DNA from: Microcoleus sp.
Lineage (GTDB): Bacteria; Cyanobacteriota; Cyanobacteriia; Cyanobacteriales; Microcoleaceae
Assembly (NCBI GenBank): GCA_052279835.1
Contig: CP181291.1
Span: forward strand, 4,224,001-4,288,000
Reading direction: 5' to 3'
Length of the DNA: 64,000 nt
Shown here in pieces: positions 1 through 11,526 of this stretch. The position numbers were made by a program, and so were the translations under genes. The notes under the pieces are model-generated. The model saw only the letters and a list, made by a program, of their open reading frames with translations, made no database searches and was not told where the DNA came from. Each line of letters starts with the position of its first letter. The stretch's first letter is position 1.

Positions 1-658
1 TTTCGTCGTAAATTGGCTGACAAAGATCCAGAAAAAAAATATGGTAGTCAATTCCTGAATAAATTGGCAGCCAATTTAGTTTACCTGCTTTGACTGCTCC
101 CATGTACCAAGGACGCTGCCTGGGATCGTAATATCTGGTAAATTTTTTCATTACTTTGGTAGGCTGACCTTGGGGACTAATGGCATATTCCAAAGTAAAA
201 TAATTAGTAGAAGCATTGGAAACCACAAATCTTAATTCTTTATTTTCTGGCTTTCTCCAAACCTCTAAATATTGATTCTTGTCTTGAGAAGATAAACCAA
301 TCCGACTAACTCCATCGAAATTTTTGATCAGTTGCCATAAATAATGATATTTTTTAGTCTCTTGATTTTGTAAATCGAGATTTAATTCCCCCCGTTCAAT
401 AGCATCAACGTTAAGTTTATGAATCATCACGAGAGCCGATAACTGGTTGTTAATATATGTTTGGATTTCTAAGGTAATTTTTTCCCGCAATTGAGTAGCA
501 ATTTCGTTAACGGCTTGTTTGCCATTTTCATAGGAGAGAAACCCGACTAATCCAACTATCAGAAAAATTTCCATCAAAAAAGGTACAGTAAAAATAATTC
601 TTAAAGGTATTTTTGTCAAAAATTTAGAAAAGTTTTTATTCAGATGAGAAGATTTCAT
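1..658 (-). CDS. Partial (N-terminal) membrane sensor protein with Cache-like periplasmic domain; runs off the window start
   Basis: Manual translation from ATG at 658: MKSSHLNKNFSKFLTKIPLRIIFTVPFLMEIFLIVGLVGFLSYENGKQAVNEIATQLR..., the typical N-terminus of cyanobacterial TM-dCache sensor kinases/cyclases. Absent from the ORF track because there is no stop in the window. Confidence 0.7.
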   Translation of the reverse strand, partial: MKSSHLNKNFSKFLTKIPLRIIFTVPFLMEIFLIVGLVGFLSYENGKQAVNEIATQLREKITLEIQTYINNQLSALVMIHKLNVDAIERGELNLDLQNQETKKYHYLWQLIKNFDGVSRIGLSSQDKNQYLEVWRKPENKELRFVVSNASTNYFTLEYAISPQGQPTKVMKKFTRYYDPRQRPWYMGAVKAGKLNWLPIYSGIDYHIFFLDLCQPIYDE

Positions 659-1012
659 TGCCCGACTACCTTACTACCTAAATATAATCATTATACGGAA
701 TGTTGAGCTGGTAAATGTTCGCTAATTACATATAGCAATCCTAAATGAGTCGCAAGTTTTTTACCCCACCCCAACCCTCCCCTTGAATCAGGGGAGGGAG
801 CAAGAAATTCACAAATGATTTAGGATTGCTATATATAGTCCTGGACGCAAACAACCAGATTTTCGACAAAAATATTCGTTTTTTTCCATAAAATTCAGGT
901 TGGCATTCTCCTGGGATTGGCGAATTTGGGGCTAGTAGGTTAACCTGGTTGACAATAGAAGAAATCCAGCTAAAAAATAGCCTCGCTCGAACCCTCATAA
1001 CAGAAGCAGGAC

Positions 1013-3766
1013 ATGGCAAAAATCTCAACCAATCAAACATCCCTATGCGATCGGGCCCATGATATTTGGAAAGAACAGCGCCATCCCCTCGATGGTATCT
1101 TTCATCCCCGCTCTGTGGCGGTAATTGGTGCCAGCGAAAGAGAAGGAAGTGTGGGGCGGACTATACTCTGGAACTTGATTCGCAGTCCCTTTGGGGGCAC
1201 GGTTTTTCCAGTCAATCCCCAACGTCCCAGCGTATTGGGCATCAAATCTTATCCTGACATTGCTAGTGTACCTGAAATTGTGGATTTAGCAGTAATTGCT
1301 ACACCTGCTGCGACGGTTCCCCAGGTAATTCGAGAATGTGTAGCAGTGGGAGTCAAAGGCGCAATTATTGTTTCTGCCGGTTTCAAAGAAATTGGGGAGG
1401 CGGGTGCGGCTTTAGAGCAACAAGTGCTCGCAGAAGCGCGACGGGGCGGAATGCGAATTATTGGCCCCAATTGTCTCGGCTTAATGAATCCGATCGCCGG
1501 ACTGAATGCGACTTTTGCAAGTACGATCGCCCGTGCTGGTAATGTCGCCTTCATCAGTCAAAGCGGAGCGCTCTGTACTTCAATTTTAGACTGGAGTTTG
1601 GGAGAAAATGTGGGATTCAGTGCCTTTATTTCCATCGGCTCCATGCTGGATGTCAGTTGGGGAGATTTGATTGAATATCTGGGTGACGATCCCCATACCC
1701 ATAGCATCGTTTTGTATATGGAATCCATCGGCGATGCTCGTGCTTTTCTATCATCCGCCCGCGAAGTTGCGATGGATAAACCGATTATTGTACTCAAAGT
1801 CGGACAAACTGAGGCGGCGGCTAAAGCTGCTGCTTCCCATACAGGAGCTTTGACTGGTAGTGATGCTGTTTTGAATGCCGCTTTCCGTCGCTGTGGTGTA
1901 TTGCGGGTGAATACGATTTCTGACTTGTTTGATATGGCGGAAATTCTGGCAAAACAACCTCGCCCCAAGGGTAATCGGCTCTCGATTGTGACTAATGCTG
2001 GGGGCCCAGGGGCGATCGCCACTGATGCGTTAATTAGTGGTGGCGGTGCATTATCGGAACTAGCACCAGAGACTTTGGAGCAATTAAATCAATTTTTACC
2101 GCCTCAATGGAGCCATCATAATCCGATCGATATTTTAGGTGATGCTAGCAGCGATCGCTACGCCCAAACCTTAGAAGTTGTTGCGAGCGATCCTAATAGC
2201 GATGGCTTATTAGTCATCCTAACTCCCCAAGCGATGACTAATCCCACTCTAACCGCAGAAAAACTCAAGGCTTATAGCAAATTAGGGAAGCCGATTTTAT
2301 CGAGTTGGATGGGCGGTGCAGAAATTGCAGCGGGGACGCAAATTCTCAATCAAGCACATATTCCCACCTTTCCCTATCCCGATACTGCTGTCAGATTGTT
2401 TAACTATATGTGGCAGTATACCTATAATTTGCGGGGCATTTATGAGACTCCTTCTTTACCTGCGGATTCCGAGATTCATGCACCCGATCGCCATTTGGTA
2501 CAACAGATTTTTACCAAGGTACTTAACAGCGATCGCACTCTGTTAACAGAATACGAATCAAAGCAATTACTCGCCGCCTATGGTATTCCCACAATTGCTA
2601 CATCCATTGCTACCAGCGGTAGGGAAGCTGTGGAAATTGCCGATCGCTTAGGCTATCCGGTAGTTCTCAAACTGCATTCAGAAACTATTACTCACAAAAC
2701 TGATGTGGGCGGCGTGCACTTAAATCTCGCCGATGCGGCGGCTGTGAGTGGAGCATTTGAGGCGATCGAATCAAAAGTAAGTGCGATCGATCCTGAAGCA
2801 TTTTTGGGCGTAACTGTACAGCCCATGGTGAAAATGGAGGGCTACGAACTAATTTTGGGTAGCAGTCTCGATCCGCAGTTTGGCGCGGTAATATTATTTG
2901 GTATGGGCGGTCAATTGGTGGAAATTTTTGAAGATAGAGCGCTAGCGTTACCTCCTTTAAATACCACTTTGGCGCGGCGAATGATGGAACAAACCCGCAT
3001 TTATAAAGCCTTGCAAGGCGTGCGCGGCAGACAGGCGATCGATATGGCAAAACTAGAACAGTTGCTGGTGAGTTTTAGTCAGTTAATAGTGGAACAGCCA
3101 CAGATTCGGGAACTTGATATCAATCCTCTGTTGGTTTCCCCCGAAGGTATGGTTGCTCTAGATGCGCGGGTTTTGCTCCACACAACGGCCGATTTCGCCC
3201 AGAAGCCATTACCTGCAATTCGTCCCTATCCGACGAAATACGTGCAGGAATGGGAGTCACCCAAGGGCGATCGTTTAACGATTAGGCCAATTCGCCCCGA
3301 AGACGAGCCACTGATGGTCAAGTTCCATCAAAATCTTTCGGAGGAGAGCGTCTATTTGCGCTATGCTCATACTGTGAAGCTTAAGCAGCGGATTGCTCAC
3401 GAAAGGTTGACTCGAATTTGTTTTATTGATTACGATCGCGAAATGCTGTTAGTTGCCGATCGCCAAGTTCCGCAAACCTTAGAACATGAGATTTTGGCAG
3501 TAGGAAGGCTGAGTAAGTTGCACGGGACCAATGAAGCTGAATTTGCTTTGATTGTGGGGGATGGCTATCAGCATCAAGGCTTGGGCACAGAAATTTTAAG
3601 GCGACTTCTAGAAGTTGGGAAGGACGAACAACTTTCGGCGATCGTGGGTTATATTCTGACGAGTAACTACCAGATGCAGAGCCTTTGTCGGAAGTTAGGA
3701 TTTGAATTTCAGCCCGATCGAGAAACAGGAATGTTGAAGGCTATTTTTGGTAAGTTCTATAGGTAG
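1013..3766 (+). CDS. Bifunctional acetate-CoA ligase (ADP-forming)-like / GNAT acetyltransferase (Pat/Pka-type)
   Basis: CoA-binding [26 protein letters not shown]-grasp HKTDVGGV / ELDINPL and C-terminal [15 protein letters not shown]. Confidence 0.92.
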   Translation: MAKISTNQTSLCDRAHDIWKEQRHPLDGIFHPRSVAVIGASEREGSVGRTILWNLIRSPFGGTVFPVNPQRPSVLGIKSYPDIASVPEIVDLAVIATPAATVPQVIRECVAVGVKGAIIVSAGFKEIGEAGAALEQQVLAEARRGGMRIIGPNCLGLMNPIAGLNATFASTIARAGNVAFISQSGALCTSILDWSLGENVGFSAFISIGSMLDVSWGDLIEYLGDDPHTHSIVLYMESIGDARAFLSSAREVAMDKPIIVLKVGQTEAAAKAAASHTGALTGSDAVLNAAFRRCGVLRVNTISDLFDMAEILAKQPRPKGNRLSIVTNAGGPGAIATDALISGGGALSELAPETLEQLNQFLPPQWSHHNPIDILGDASSDRYAQTLEVVASDPNSDGLLVILTPQAMTNPTLTAEKLKAYSKLGKPILSSWMGGAEIAAGTQILNQAHIPTFPYPDTAVRLFNYMWQYTYNLRGIYETPSLPADSEIHAPDRHLVQQIFTKVLNSDRTLLTEYESKQLLAAYGIPTIATSIATSGREAVEIADRLGYPVVLKLHSETITHKTDVGGVHLNLADAAAVSGAFEAIESKVSAIDPEAFLGVTVQPMVKMEGYELILGSSLDPQFGAVILFGMGGQLVEIFEDRALALPPLNTTLARRMMEQTRIYKALQGVRGRQAIDMAKLEQLLVSFSQLIVEQPQIRELDINPLLVSPEGMVALDARVLLHTTADFAQKPLPAIRPYPTKYVQEWESPKGDRLTIRPIRPEDEPLMVKFHQNLSEESVYLRYAHTVKLKQRIAHERLTRICFIDYDREMLLVADRQVPQTLEHEILAVGRLSKLHGTNEAEFALIVGDGYQHQGLGTEILRRLLEVGKDEQLSAIVGYILTSNYQMQSLCRKLGFEFQPDRETGMLKAIFGKFYR

Positions 3767-3887
3767 AATTAGTTTAATTTTCCTGATCCCCCGTTTGCTC
3801 TAGCTTCTAGCTTCTGGCTGCAAAATCACCACAAAAAAGAGGTCGCGATCGCAACCTCTTAACCCTACACTAATCCAGCGCCGGCTC

Positions 3888-4091
3888 TTAAAGTAGACCA
3901 GTATTAGCTCCGGGCTTACCTGTAGCCAGTTGCACTTTAATAATTTTGCCGCCCATTTTCATAATTCTTTGTTGTTCTCTAAACCAGTTATCGTAAGGAA
4001 CAAGTTTAGTAAAATAGGTATTTTGCAATTCGCGCTGAGTGCGGATGCGTGTTTGGCTAGGGACGCAAGCAGTCACTTTAAACATTCTCAT
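3888..4091 (-). CDS. apcC: Phycobilisome core 7.8 kDa linker
   Basis: MRMFKVTACVPSQTRIRTQRELQNTYFTKLVPYDNWFREQQRI; downstream of apcB. Confidence 0.98.
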   Translation of the reverse strand: MRMFKVTACVPSQTRIRTQRELQNTYFTKLVPYDNWFREQQRIMKMGGKIIKVQLATGKPGANTGLL

Positions 4092-4351
4092 GGGAAACTA
4101 CCTCCTGAAGTAGGTTTACTGATTTTTAGATGGATTTTTAAAACATTGAAGACAGGGAGTTAAGAATCAAAACTAGCTCATTAAAACTCGTCCAGTATTC
4201 TCGACAAGCCTTTGACGGTCTAGCAATCACTCGTAACTTCCCTGACTTCTTCCAAAAGAAAAGGCTAAAAGTCTAAAAGTCTCAAAGTCTAAAGTTTAAA
4301 AGTCCCAAAGTCAAAAGTTTAAAGAGAGCAGAAATCAATATTTTTATTTAT

Positions 4352-4430
4352 TTCCTTCTTCCTTCTTCCTTCTTCCTTCTTCCTTTTTGCTTCTTCCTTC
4401 TTCTTTCTTCCTTCTTCCTTCGTCCTTCGT
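4352..4430. repeat. Heptamer tandem repeat (CTTCCTT)n
   Basis: Directly visible between apcB and apcC. The complementary (GAAGGAA)n run occurs at ~20214-20280. Confidence 0.85.
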
Positions 4431-4431
4431 C

Positions 4432-4917
4432 TTAGCTCAAGCCAGAGCAGATGTAGTCGAAATAGACGCCCATTTCTTTACCAGCGTCAGAACCGACCAA
4501 ACCGGCGGTGACTTCTTTCATAGCTTGGATAGCTTGTACGGTAGAACCGATGGGCACGCCCAAGGAGTTATAGGTTTCTTTCAAACCGTTGAGCACGCGC
4601 TCATCCAGGATGGAAGGGTCGCCAGCCAACATGGCGTAGGTGGCGTAGCGGAGGTAGTAGTCCAAGTCGCGAATGCAAGCTGCATAACGGCGAGTGGTGT
4701 ACATATTTCCACCGGGACGAGTTACGTCAGAGTACAACAGAGACTTAGCAACTGCTTCTTTGACGATTGTGGCTGCATTGGCGCTAATGGCTGTAGCGGC
4801 ACGGACGCGCAGTTCACCAGAAGCGAAGTAGTTTTTTAGTTTGTCTAGAGCGCTGATATCCAGGTACTTACCTTGAACGTCAGAGGAATTGATAACGGCG
4901 GTAATTGCGTCTTGCAT
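4432..4917 (-). CDS. apcB: Allophycocyanin beta subunit
   Basis: [20 protein letters not shown]...[12 protein letters not shown], 161 aa. Confidence 0.99.
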   Translation of the reverse strand: MQDAITAVINSSDVQGKYLDISALDKLKNYFASGELRVRAATAISANAATIVKEAVAKSLLYSDVTRPGGNMYTTRRYAACIRDLDYYLRYATYAMLAGDPSILDERVLNGLKETYNSLGVPIGSTVQAIQAMKEVTAGLVGSDAGKEMGVYFDYICSGLS

Positions 4918-5066
4918 GATGGTCTTGTTTCCTAGAAAGTGGCTGAGTTCAGTCCAATTTTGTAGCTCGGATTTGAGATTTGGGATTTCAGATTTATACA
5001 GTGGTTATTTATCTGTAAAAGCTTGTGGCTCCAGGCTGGTAACTCACAATCTAAAACCTAAAATCT

Positions 5067-5552
5067 TTACTGCATCGCACCGATAACGTAGTCGAAGTAA
5101 GAGGAAGCTTCGGAAGCATCTTCTCCAGAAAGCAGCGAGCTCGCTGCATTTTTCATGGCGCGAACGCCTTCGGCGACGGCTTCAATGGGGGTTCCCAAGG
5201 ATTTGTACATTTCGCGGACGCCAACAATACCGATTTCTTCGATCGGAGTAATGTCGCCAGCTACGATTCCGTAGGTGATCAAACGCAGGTAGTAGTCCAA
5301 GTCGCGCAAGCAAGTTGCGGTCATTTCTTCGCCGTAAGCGTTACCACCAGGGGAAACTACATCAGGGCGTTTTTGGAAAAGTTGGTCGCCTGCTTGTTTG
5401 ACGATACGTTCGCGGGATTCGCTCAAGATTTGGGCGATGCGGACGCGGCGTTCACCAGAGGTGACGAAGCTTTTGATCCGGTCTAATTCGCCTGGGCTCA
5501 GGTAACGAGCTTCAGCGTCTGCGTTGACGATTGATTTGGTGACGATACTCAT
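5067..5552 (-). CDS. apcA: Allophycocyanin alpha subunit
   Basis: [27 protein letters not shown]; start set at ATG 5552 (161 aa) rather than the ORF-track start at 5627. Confidence 0.98.
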   Translation of the reverse strand: MSIVTKSIVNADAEARYLSPGELDRIKSFVTSGERRVRIAQILSESRERIVKQAGDQLFQKRPDVVSPGGNAYGEEMTATCLRDLDYYLRLITYGIVAGDITPIEEIGIVGVREMYKSLGTPIEAVAEGVRAMKNAASSLLSGEDASEASSYFDYVIGAMQ

Positions 5553-5921
5553 CTTGTGTGTACCCGCTGGATATTTTGCAATTACGAACTGCTCCACGCT
5601 CAGCATAGCGATGGTGGGCGCTTGCATCCCGTACCTCTGGCTTGCGGCAGGAGCTTTGACGCTTTCGGGAATCTACCTTGCTTCCAACTGTTGAAGTTGT
5701 TGGCTGGTGGCTACCTTGGGCGTTTGACGGCGCTTGTTCTGACGCCGGTGCCTGTTGTTGGCTGCACTTTGCCTGTCGCTTACGATACCACACATAACTG
5801 CTGCTTTCTCTAATTTTGCGATCGAGGTTGCAATCATTTAGGTGGCGATCGAGTGACTGTCCGATAGTTGGTCAGGAATTTGATTCTGTGACGCAACTAC
5901 CTCACGCAAGTATTTTGAGGC

Positions 5922-5962
5922 ATTATGTTCACATTCTGAGTGTTACTGTAATAGTTTGTAAC
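5922..5962 (-). promoter_or_regulatory. Putative apcA promoter with HLR1-like (RpaB) direct repeat and -10 element
   Basis: Minus strand GTTACAAA-CT-ATTACAGT (5962-5945) resembles HLR1 (G/T)TTACA(T/A)(T/A)-N2 repeat; CATAAT at 5927-5922. Confidence 0.5.
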
Positions 5963-6220
5963 ATTCGTTTTCATTTTGGGGTCTAGAGCACTGATTTTGG
6001 CATCCCCAAATTATGTCGCTCAAAACGCTATAATCTTCTGATACCAAGCATTACGACTTATAAATGCTCGGTGTTTTAGCTGGGGCGTGGTGGTTCGGCT
6101 TCACCAGTTTAAATTCCTAGGTATAAAAAACCGGAGGTGAGGGCTCGCCTAGGTGCGATCGGAAATTCCGACTTTCGAGCTTGTAGTCAAATTTTGCTGT
6201 AATTTTCAACCAGGTGCGCT

Positions 6221-7426
6221 TTGAAAAGAAATCTATCAGCCATTACAAAAGCTTTGCAGTTTGGTGTCAGCGGTGCCGTCGGCGGTTTCGTGGGTAATTT
6301 AATCACCGAACCTTTCATGAATTTCGATCGCCTGTCGGGTTCGGTATCTTTTTTTGATAGTGTACTTTCCACCGCCCGCTGGTTTGGATTGGTAGGCGGT
6401 GGCATTGCTACAGCGATTATGTTTGGCTATTATTACTACATCAAAGGCAAGCCTCAAATTAAACCAGCTTTCAAGAATGGGGGATTGTTTGGTTTAATCG
6501 CAGGGGCGATTTCTGGGGCGATCGCAGAAGCTATTTACAGCGGCATTGGTCCCAATGAATTATTGCGAGTAGTTTGTTGGGGAATAGCTGGCAGTTTGTT
6601 AGGGCTGGCACTTTCTAAACGGATTCCCAACTTAGGAATGCTGCGCGGCGCGGGCGGAGGCGGTGTTGGGGGCGTGTTGGGCGGATGTTTGTTTATTTTG
6701 TTCGCTTATTCTTTATCGGGTACTGTGGGCCGTTTAGCGGGCTGTGGGGCGATCGGCTTTTGGATTGGCATTATGCTAGTTGTGGCTGAAACTTTGTTTA
6801 ACAAAGCTTGGCTAGTAATTAGTTACGATAACGGAGTCAATCGCACTCTGACTATTGGTGCTGAACCGGTGACTTTTGGTAGCGATGATAATTTGTCTAT
6901 TATCTGTATTCCCAATATTTCGCCCTTGGCTATGCGCTTTCAATTGGAGGCTGGGAAAATTGTCTGCGAAAATTTTGATAATGGGGCGGTGACTTATTTG
7001 CGATCGGGCGATCAAAAGAAATTAGGAAATTGTACAATTACCGTCGGTAACTCAGATTTGCCCGTTGCCAATTCTGCCAAAATTCCAGCTACATATATAT
7101 CAGCAGATCCGGCGGAAAAATCTTTCCTTAATAGCGAATTTTCCCTAAAATTAAGCAGCAAAGTTATCCCTTTGAGTGTAGGGACTCAATTGTTTAGTTC
7201 CGACATATCTACTTTAAAATCTACTGCATCTAATGGTGCAGTAGCAGTTGTGAATTCTCGTTCCGCACAGCCTCTTTCATTGGGATTGACCAATTTATCC
7301 GATCGCGCTTGGTGGGTCACAGACAGTCAAGGCGACATGAAACTGGTAGAACCAGAAGGTACGCTGACTCTCGCGGTGGGAAATCAAATCGAGTTCGGCG
7401 AAATTAATGGTGAGATTGTGGCATAG
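6221..7426 (+). CDS. Membrane protein with Gly-rich TM hairpins and FHA-like beta domains
   Basis: About six Gly-rich hydrophobic segments followed by beta-rich repeats ending ...LAVGNQIEFGEINGEIVA; TTG start. Confidence 0.6.
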   Translation: MKRNLSAITKALQFGVSGAVGGFVGNLITEPFMNFDRLSGSVSFFDSVLSTARWFGLVGGGIATAIMFGYYYYIKGKPQIKPAFKNGGLFGLIAGAISGAIAEAIYSGIGPNELLRVVCWGIAGSLLGLALSKRIPNLGMLRGAGGGGVGGVLGGCLFILFAYSLSGTVGRLAGCGAIGFWIGIMLVVAETLFNKAWLVISYDNGVNRTLTIGAEPVTFGSDDNLSIICIPNISPLAMRFQLEAGKIVCENFDNGAVTYLRSGDQKKLGNCTITVGNSDLPVANSAKIPATYISADPAEKSFLNSEFSLKLSSKVIPLSVGTQLFSSDISTLKSTASNGAVAVVNSRSAQPLSLGLTNLSDRAWWVTDSQGDMKLVEPEGTLTLAVGNQIEFGEINGEIVA

Positions 7427-7533
7427 TTATATTAAATCCTAGATTGAGAGATCGCTCGGCGGTTGAAACCGCGTCTACACAAGCAAAGTCCGCCTCCGCG
7501 GACTAAGAGATAATTTATCCTACGATCGCATAG

Positions 7534-7905
7534 ATGATTTGGCTAATGAACTTGAAAAAAATATTCGCTGGTTTCCTATTAATTCTGACATTGGCATTGG
7601 GACTAATTACGATTAGTCCCCAAATTGCTTTGGCAGATGCAACTTCAAATCCGGCAACGGCTGCCGAAGTTTTTACCGTTAATTGTGCGGGTTGTCACAG
7701 CAACGGCGGAAACATCATCAGACGTGGCAAAAATTTGAAACAGAAAGCATTGAAACGATACGGCATGGATTCGATCGCCAATATTGCCAATTTAGTCACC
7801 AACGGTAAGAATATCATGCCGTCTTACAAAGATCGTTTGTCTGAACAACAAATTATCGATGTTTCAGCCTACGTGTTGTCGCAAGCTGAAAGTGACTGGA
7901 AATAA
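7534..7905 (+). CDS. petJ: Cytochrome c6-family protein (c6B/c6C-like)
   Basis: Signal peptide, CAGCH heme motif, GGNIIRRGKNL, axial Met in GKNIMPSY. Confidence 0.85.
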   Translation: MIWLMNLKKIFAGFLLILTLALGLITISPQIALADATSNPATAAEVFTVNCAGCHSNGGNIIRRGKNLKQKALKRYGMDSIANIANLVTNGKNIMPSYKDRLSEQQIIDVSAYVLSQAESDWK

Positions 7906-8068
7906 GGACTATTGTCATCTAATGGGACTTTAGTCCTTAGATCAATTCCTCTCTTCATCGGAATAATTCATTTCTCTCTCATCTCTCTGTGTTTTAGTAA
8001 GGTTAAATCATGACCATGCAACGGTCAACGATATTACTACGACAAACCTTCATGGGAAGTATTGCCAA

Positions 8069-8566
8069 ATGAAAAAACCTGATTGGCGCAAAATTGTAAC
8101 AATTATTACTTTCTGTCTCTGTCTCACCATCACCAACAACCCACCAGCCTTGGCTTCGATTCACAAATATCCAGAAACCGGGGACAGAGTAATGTTCCGA
8201 TCCGTACAAAGCTTGCGGGATAATCAGGACAAAGCATGGCAGGTGGTTTTGTATAAGCGAGTGCGATCGGGCATAGTAGACTCTTTTAACCTGAGATTGG
8301 TGGGATTTCCTGGGACGCAATTGGATCACCCCGTGGCGCTGAAGGTGGTGGCGGGGAATCGGGAACTGGCGCTGGCTAACGATATTTGGAGTGAATCGGA
8401 TTTGCCGGTTAATGTGGGAGAGTACGATTTTAAATCGATAGTGGCACAATTGGAGAGCGATCGACCTTTAGGCTTAAATTTGCCAGTCCAAGGTAAAAAA
8501 GATCTACAAATCTTGGTTCCAACTTTTGCGGTAAGGGAATGGAGGCGGTTGTTAGATAGAAGCTAA
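8069..8566 (+). CDS. DUF3122-family secreted protein
   Basis: Signal peptide; RSVQSLRD...AWQVVLYKR...LRLVGFPG motif recalled for cyanobacterial DUF3122. Confidence 0.7.
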   Translation: MKKPDWRKIVTIITFCLCLTITNNPPALASIHKYPETGDRVMFRSVQSLRDNQDKAWQVVLYKRVRSGIVDSFNLRLVGFPGTQLDHPVALKVVAGNRELALANDIWSESDLPVNVGEYDFKSIVAQLESDRPLGLNLPVQGKKDLQILVPTFAVREWRRLLDRS

Positions 8567-8761
8567 ATTGTGCCTACGGATGGCAGTTGAATGTGATAAA
8601 GGCTACATTGCTTGTGAAAAAAAGTCGGTATATTTGATATGCCTCAAGGTAGATCTTGGCTATTTTGAACGATAATTGTGAAACAAACTAAAAGTGAGAT
8701 TAGTCAGGTTAAAAAAATCGACTGTTTTAGAGTGTGCATATTATTGGAAGGAAAATTTACT

Positions 8762-8980
8762 ATGACATTAATCACTACCATTGTCCGAAAAGCTTTAGCG
8801 ACAGGTTGTTTGACGGTTGACGCGGAAGAACAGTTGCGGCAACAGTTGCAGATGACAAAGTACGGTGTGGAAGATTTTGAGGCTTTTATTACTTTGCAAA
8901 CAGAGGTAATGGAAGGTAGAGTAAAACACCAAGCTTGGGAATTATTGCGATCGAATAATTGTTCTGCTGCTGCTGCTTGA
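8762..8980 (+). CDS. Small conserved cyanobacterial hypothetical protein
   Basis: MTLITTIVRKALATGCLTVDAEEQLRQ...; ATG 8762 preceded by GGAAGGA. Loosely similar in type to 60544-60744. Confidence 0.7.
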   Translation: MTLITTIVRKALATGCLTVDAEEQLRQQLQMTKYGVEDFEAFITLQTEVMEGRVKHQAWELLRSNNCSAAAA

Positions 8981-9224
8981 AATTAAGTACGATTCCCTTC
9001 GGGATAGCTCCGCACGCGCGTACTTTTGGATAGAATTAAGGGCGATCGATACAAATCATCAATAGGACTTACCCAAGGGTGGTCAGAAACCAGGTTCAGT
9101 AGTTAAGAGTTGCCATATGCGATTTGCCATTTTTACCCGCCACCTTTGATCGGAGAGAATTTTAGAAAACCTACATTCGGCTTTCCCAACATTCCCTAAA
9201 TAAATAACATAGGTTGTAGGTTGG

Positions 9225-9341
9225 GTTCTACTCGTTCTACTCGTTCTACTCGTTCTACTCGTTCTACTCGTTCTACTCGTTCTACTCGTTCTACTCGTTC
9301 TACTCGTTCTACTCGTTCTACTCGTTCTACTCGTTCTACTC
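9225..9341. repeat. Perfect 9-bp tandem repeat (GTTCTACTC) x13
   Basis: 117 bp counted directly. Confidence 0.95.
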
Positions 9342-9467
9342 GTTCCCAGGCTCTGCCTGGGAACGCAGATCCAGAGGCTCTGCCTCCAATTTTCTGTTAG
9401 CAAGCAGCAAGCAGCAAGCGAGGCGGAGCCTCTAGACATTGATTCCCAGGCAGAGCCTGGGAACCAG
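9339..9467. repeat. REP/MITE-like element with inverted CCCAGGCTCTGCCTGGGAAC hairpins
   Basis: GTTCCCAGGCTCTGCCTGGGAAC ... TTCCCAGGCAGAGCCTGGGAAC; related copy at ~11918-11986. Confidence 0.75.
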
Positions 9468-9477
9468 TTAGCAAATA

Positions 9478-10846
9478 CAGGACTTACGCAGACACACTAT
9501 ATGTAGTGTGCAGACAACTACGTTAGCGAAGCACTCGTTGCAGGATCGCACCCACTTGACGATTAGGGCGATCGACAGATCAAGGGCGATCGACAGATCA
9601 AGGGCGATCGACAGATCAAGGGCTCAGGTATTTTTGGTATCTTTCAAAATGTTAAATACGAGGTAATCAGAGCTAAAATAAGTAATTAACCATTGAAGGC
9701 AATGTGTAAATATGTCATTCAACCATTTGGATTATTGCCAATATTTACTTAGTAGTCAAACCAATTACACCTTGACAAATTTAGCAGACCATCTGCAACA
9801 ATTCAGCCATGATACTATCAATCGTTATCTCAAGAAATCAGAATTGACCCCTAGTTTATTGTGGCAGAATATTCAACGAGACATCCAAAAAAGTGATGAG
9901 GCTTGTGTAGTATTTGACGACACAATTTTAGATAAAAGGTTTGGACAAAAAATTGAATTAGTTCGTCGTCAATATAGTGGTACAGAACACAGAGTTTTAC
10001 CCGGAATAGGATTGATTAATTGTGTGTATATCAATAGGTAAATCAACCAATTCTGGGTAATAAATTACCGAATTTATGAGCCATTGGGAGATGGCAAAAG
10101 CAAGCTAGAACACGTTGCTGATATGATAGATGATTTGGTAAATTGCAAACAACTGCCTTTTGCCAAAGTCTTGATGGATAGCTGGTATGCGTGTCAAAAA
10201 CTGATGGCAATGATTGATAATTTAGGAAAAATTTATTATTGCCCTTTAAAAAAGAATCGGTTGGTAGATGATACAAGGGGAGTAGAAAAATATAAACAAA
10301 TTGAAAAAGTGCAGTGGACAGAATCGGAACTCCTGTCAGGAAAACTGATCAAAATCAAAAACTTTCCTGCCGATAAAAAAGTGAAACTTTTCCGCGTCAC
10401 TGTTTCTGCCAACAGGACGGAATATGTAGTAACTAATGACTTAAATCAAAATGACATAACAGATGTCAGGAAAATTTGTAGTCAACGCTGGAAAATCGAA
10501 TAATTTCATCGTGAGCTCAAACAATTAACAGGTATTGAATCTTGTCAGTGCCGTAAAGCCAGGATTCAAAGGAATCATATTACCTGTGCAATTTTAGTAT
10601 GGACATTTCTCAAAAAAACAGCGCGTTCTATGGGAAAAACCATCTATCAATTAAAGAGTGAATTACTGTCAGACTATCTCAAAAAGGAACTGAAATACCC
10701 AGCAATACGTTTAGCACTTGTTTGACAGAAGAGTTGGTGATTTCTTGATTAATTAAATTTTTTATTGTATGGACGATCGCGGTCGGAGAGAAAACGCGGT
10801 TGCCCTTTTTCGGCACACTATATGTAGTGTGCCTGCGTAAGTCCTG
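9478..10846 (+). mobile_element. IS701-family-like insertion sequence, inactivated
   Basis: ~33-bp terminal inverted repeats CAGGACTTACGCAG(A/G)CACACTA...; AAATA duplicated on both flanks (9473-9477, 10847-10851). Confidence 0.88.
9712..10725 (+). pseudogene. DDE transposase pseudogene (IS701-like)
   Basis: One frame with VFDDTILDK, LMDSWY and RWKIE*FHRELKQLTG; in-frame TAA at 10039-10041 and 10501-10503. Confidence 0.88.
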
Positions 10847-11102
10847 AAATACTTAGTCCGCGTAGGCGGACTTCGTTTTTGTAGACGCGGTTTCAACCGC
10901 CGACTCACTTGACAAAAATACCCAAATCGCCCATAATCGTAGATTGTCTGTCTAAATCCGGCTCGGATCAGGTTAAGACATTCCAAAAGCTGAAAAACCG
11001 TCATCCGTCAAAAGTCCACAGCCAAAAGTTCGTAACTAATGACTAAAGACTAATGACCAATGACTCATCAGCTACCTGTACGGCAATCTCAACCACCATC
11101 CC

Positions 11103-11495
11103 ATGACTTACGCAATTATTGAAACCGGCGGCAAACAATTTCGGGTAGAACCAGGCCGCTTCTACGACATCGAACTGCTTCACGTCGAAGCTGAATCCAA
11201 AGTCACCATCGACAAAGTATTTCTGATCCAGCACGAAAATGATGTTCACATCGGCCAACCTCTAGTAGAAAATGCCACAGTAGAAGGAACTGTTCTGCGG
11301 CATTTCCGGGGTCGCAAAGTCCTCGTCTATAAGATGAAGCCGAAAAAGAAAACTCGGAAGAAAAAAGGGCACCGTCAAGAAACAACTCGCTTTATGATTG
11401 ACTCCATCAGCGTCAATGGTGTTGTTTTGGCCGCGAGAGACTTAACTCAAGCTGTTGTGGAAACTCCCCAAACCGGCGAAAGTGATTCAGAATAA
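11103..11495 (+). CDS. rplU: 50S ribosomal protein L21
   Basis: MTYAIIETGGKQFRVEPG...KKKGHRQETT. Confidence 0.98.
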   Translation: MTYAIIETGGKQFRVEPGRFYDIELLHVEAESKVTIDKVFLIQHENDVHIGQPLVENATVEGTVLRHFRGRKVLVYKMKPKKKTRKKKGHRQETTRFMIDSISVNGVVLAARDLTQAVVETPQTGESDSE

Positions 11496-11526
11496 AAAAT
11501 AGTAAGTAATTAAAGTTGAGGAAATC

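Noticed and set aside
4387..4839. 150-aa ORF antisense to apcB, and similar antisense ORFs across the window
   Set aside because: Shadow frames of well-supported genes with no recognisable motifs.
9083..9439. 118-aa ORF with (SRT)n
   Set aside because: Product of the 9-bp tandem repeat and the REP-like element.
9225..9623. Possible CRISPR array
   Set aside because: The repeats are 9-bp and 18-bp head-to-tail units with no unique spacers, and there are no cas genes in the window.
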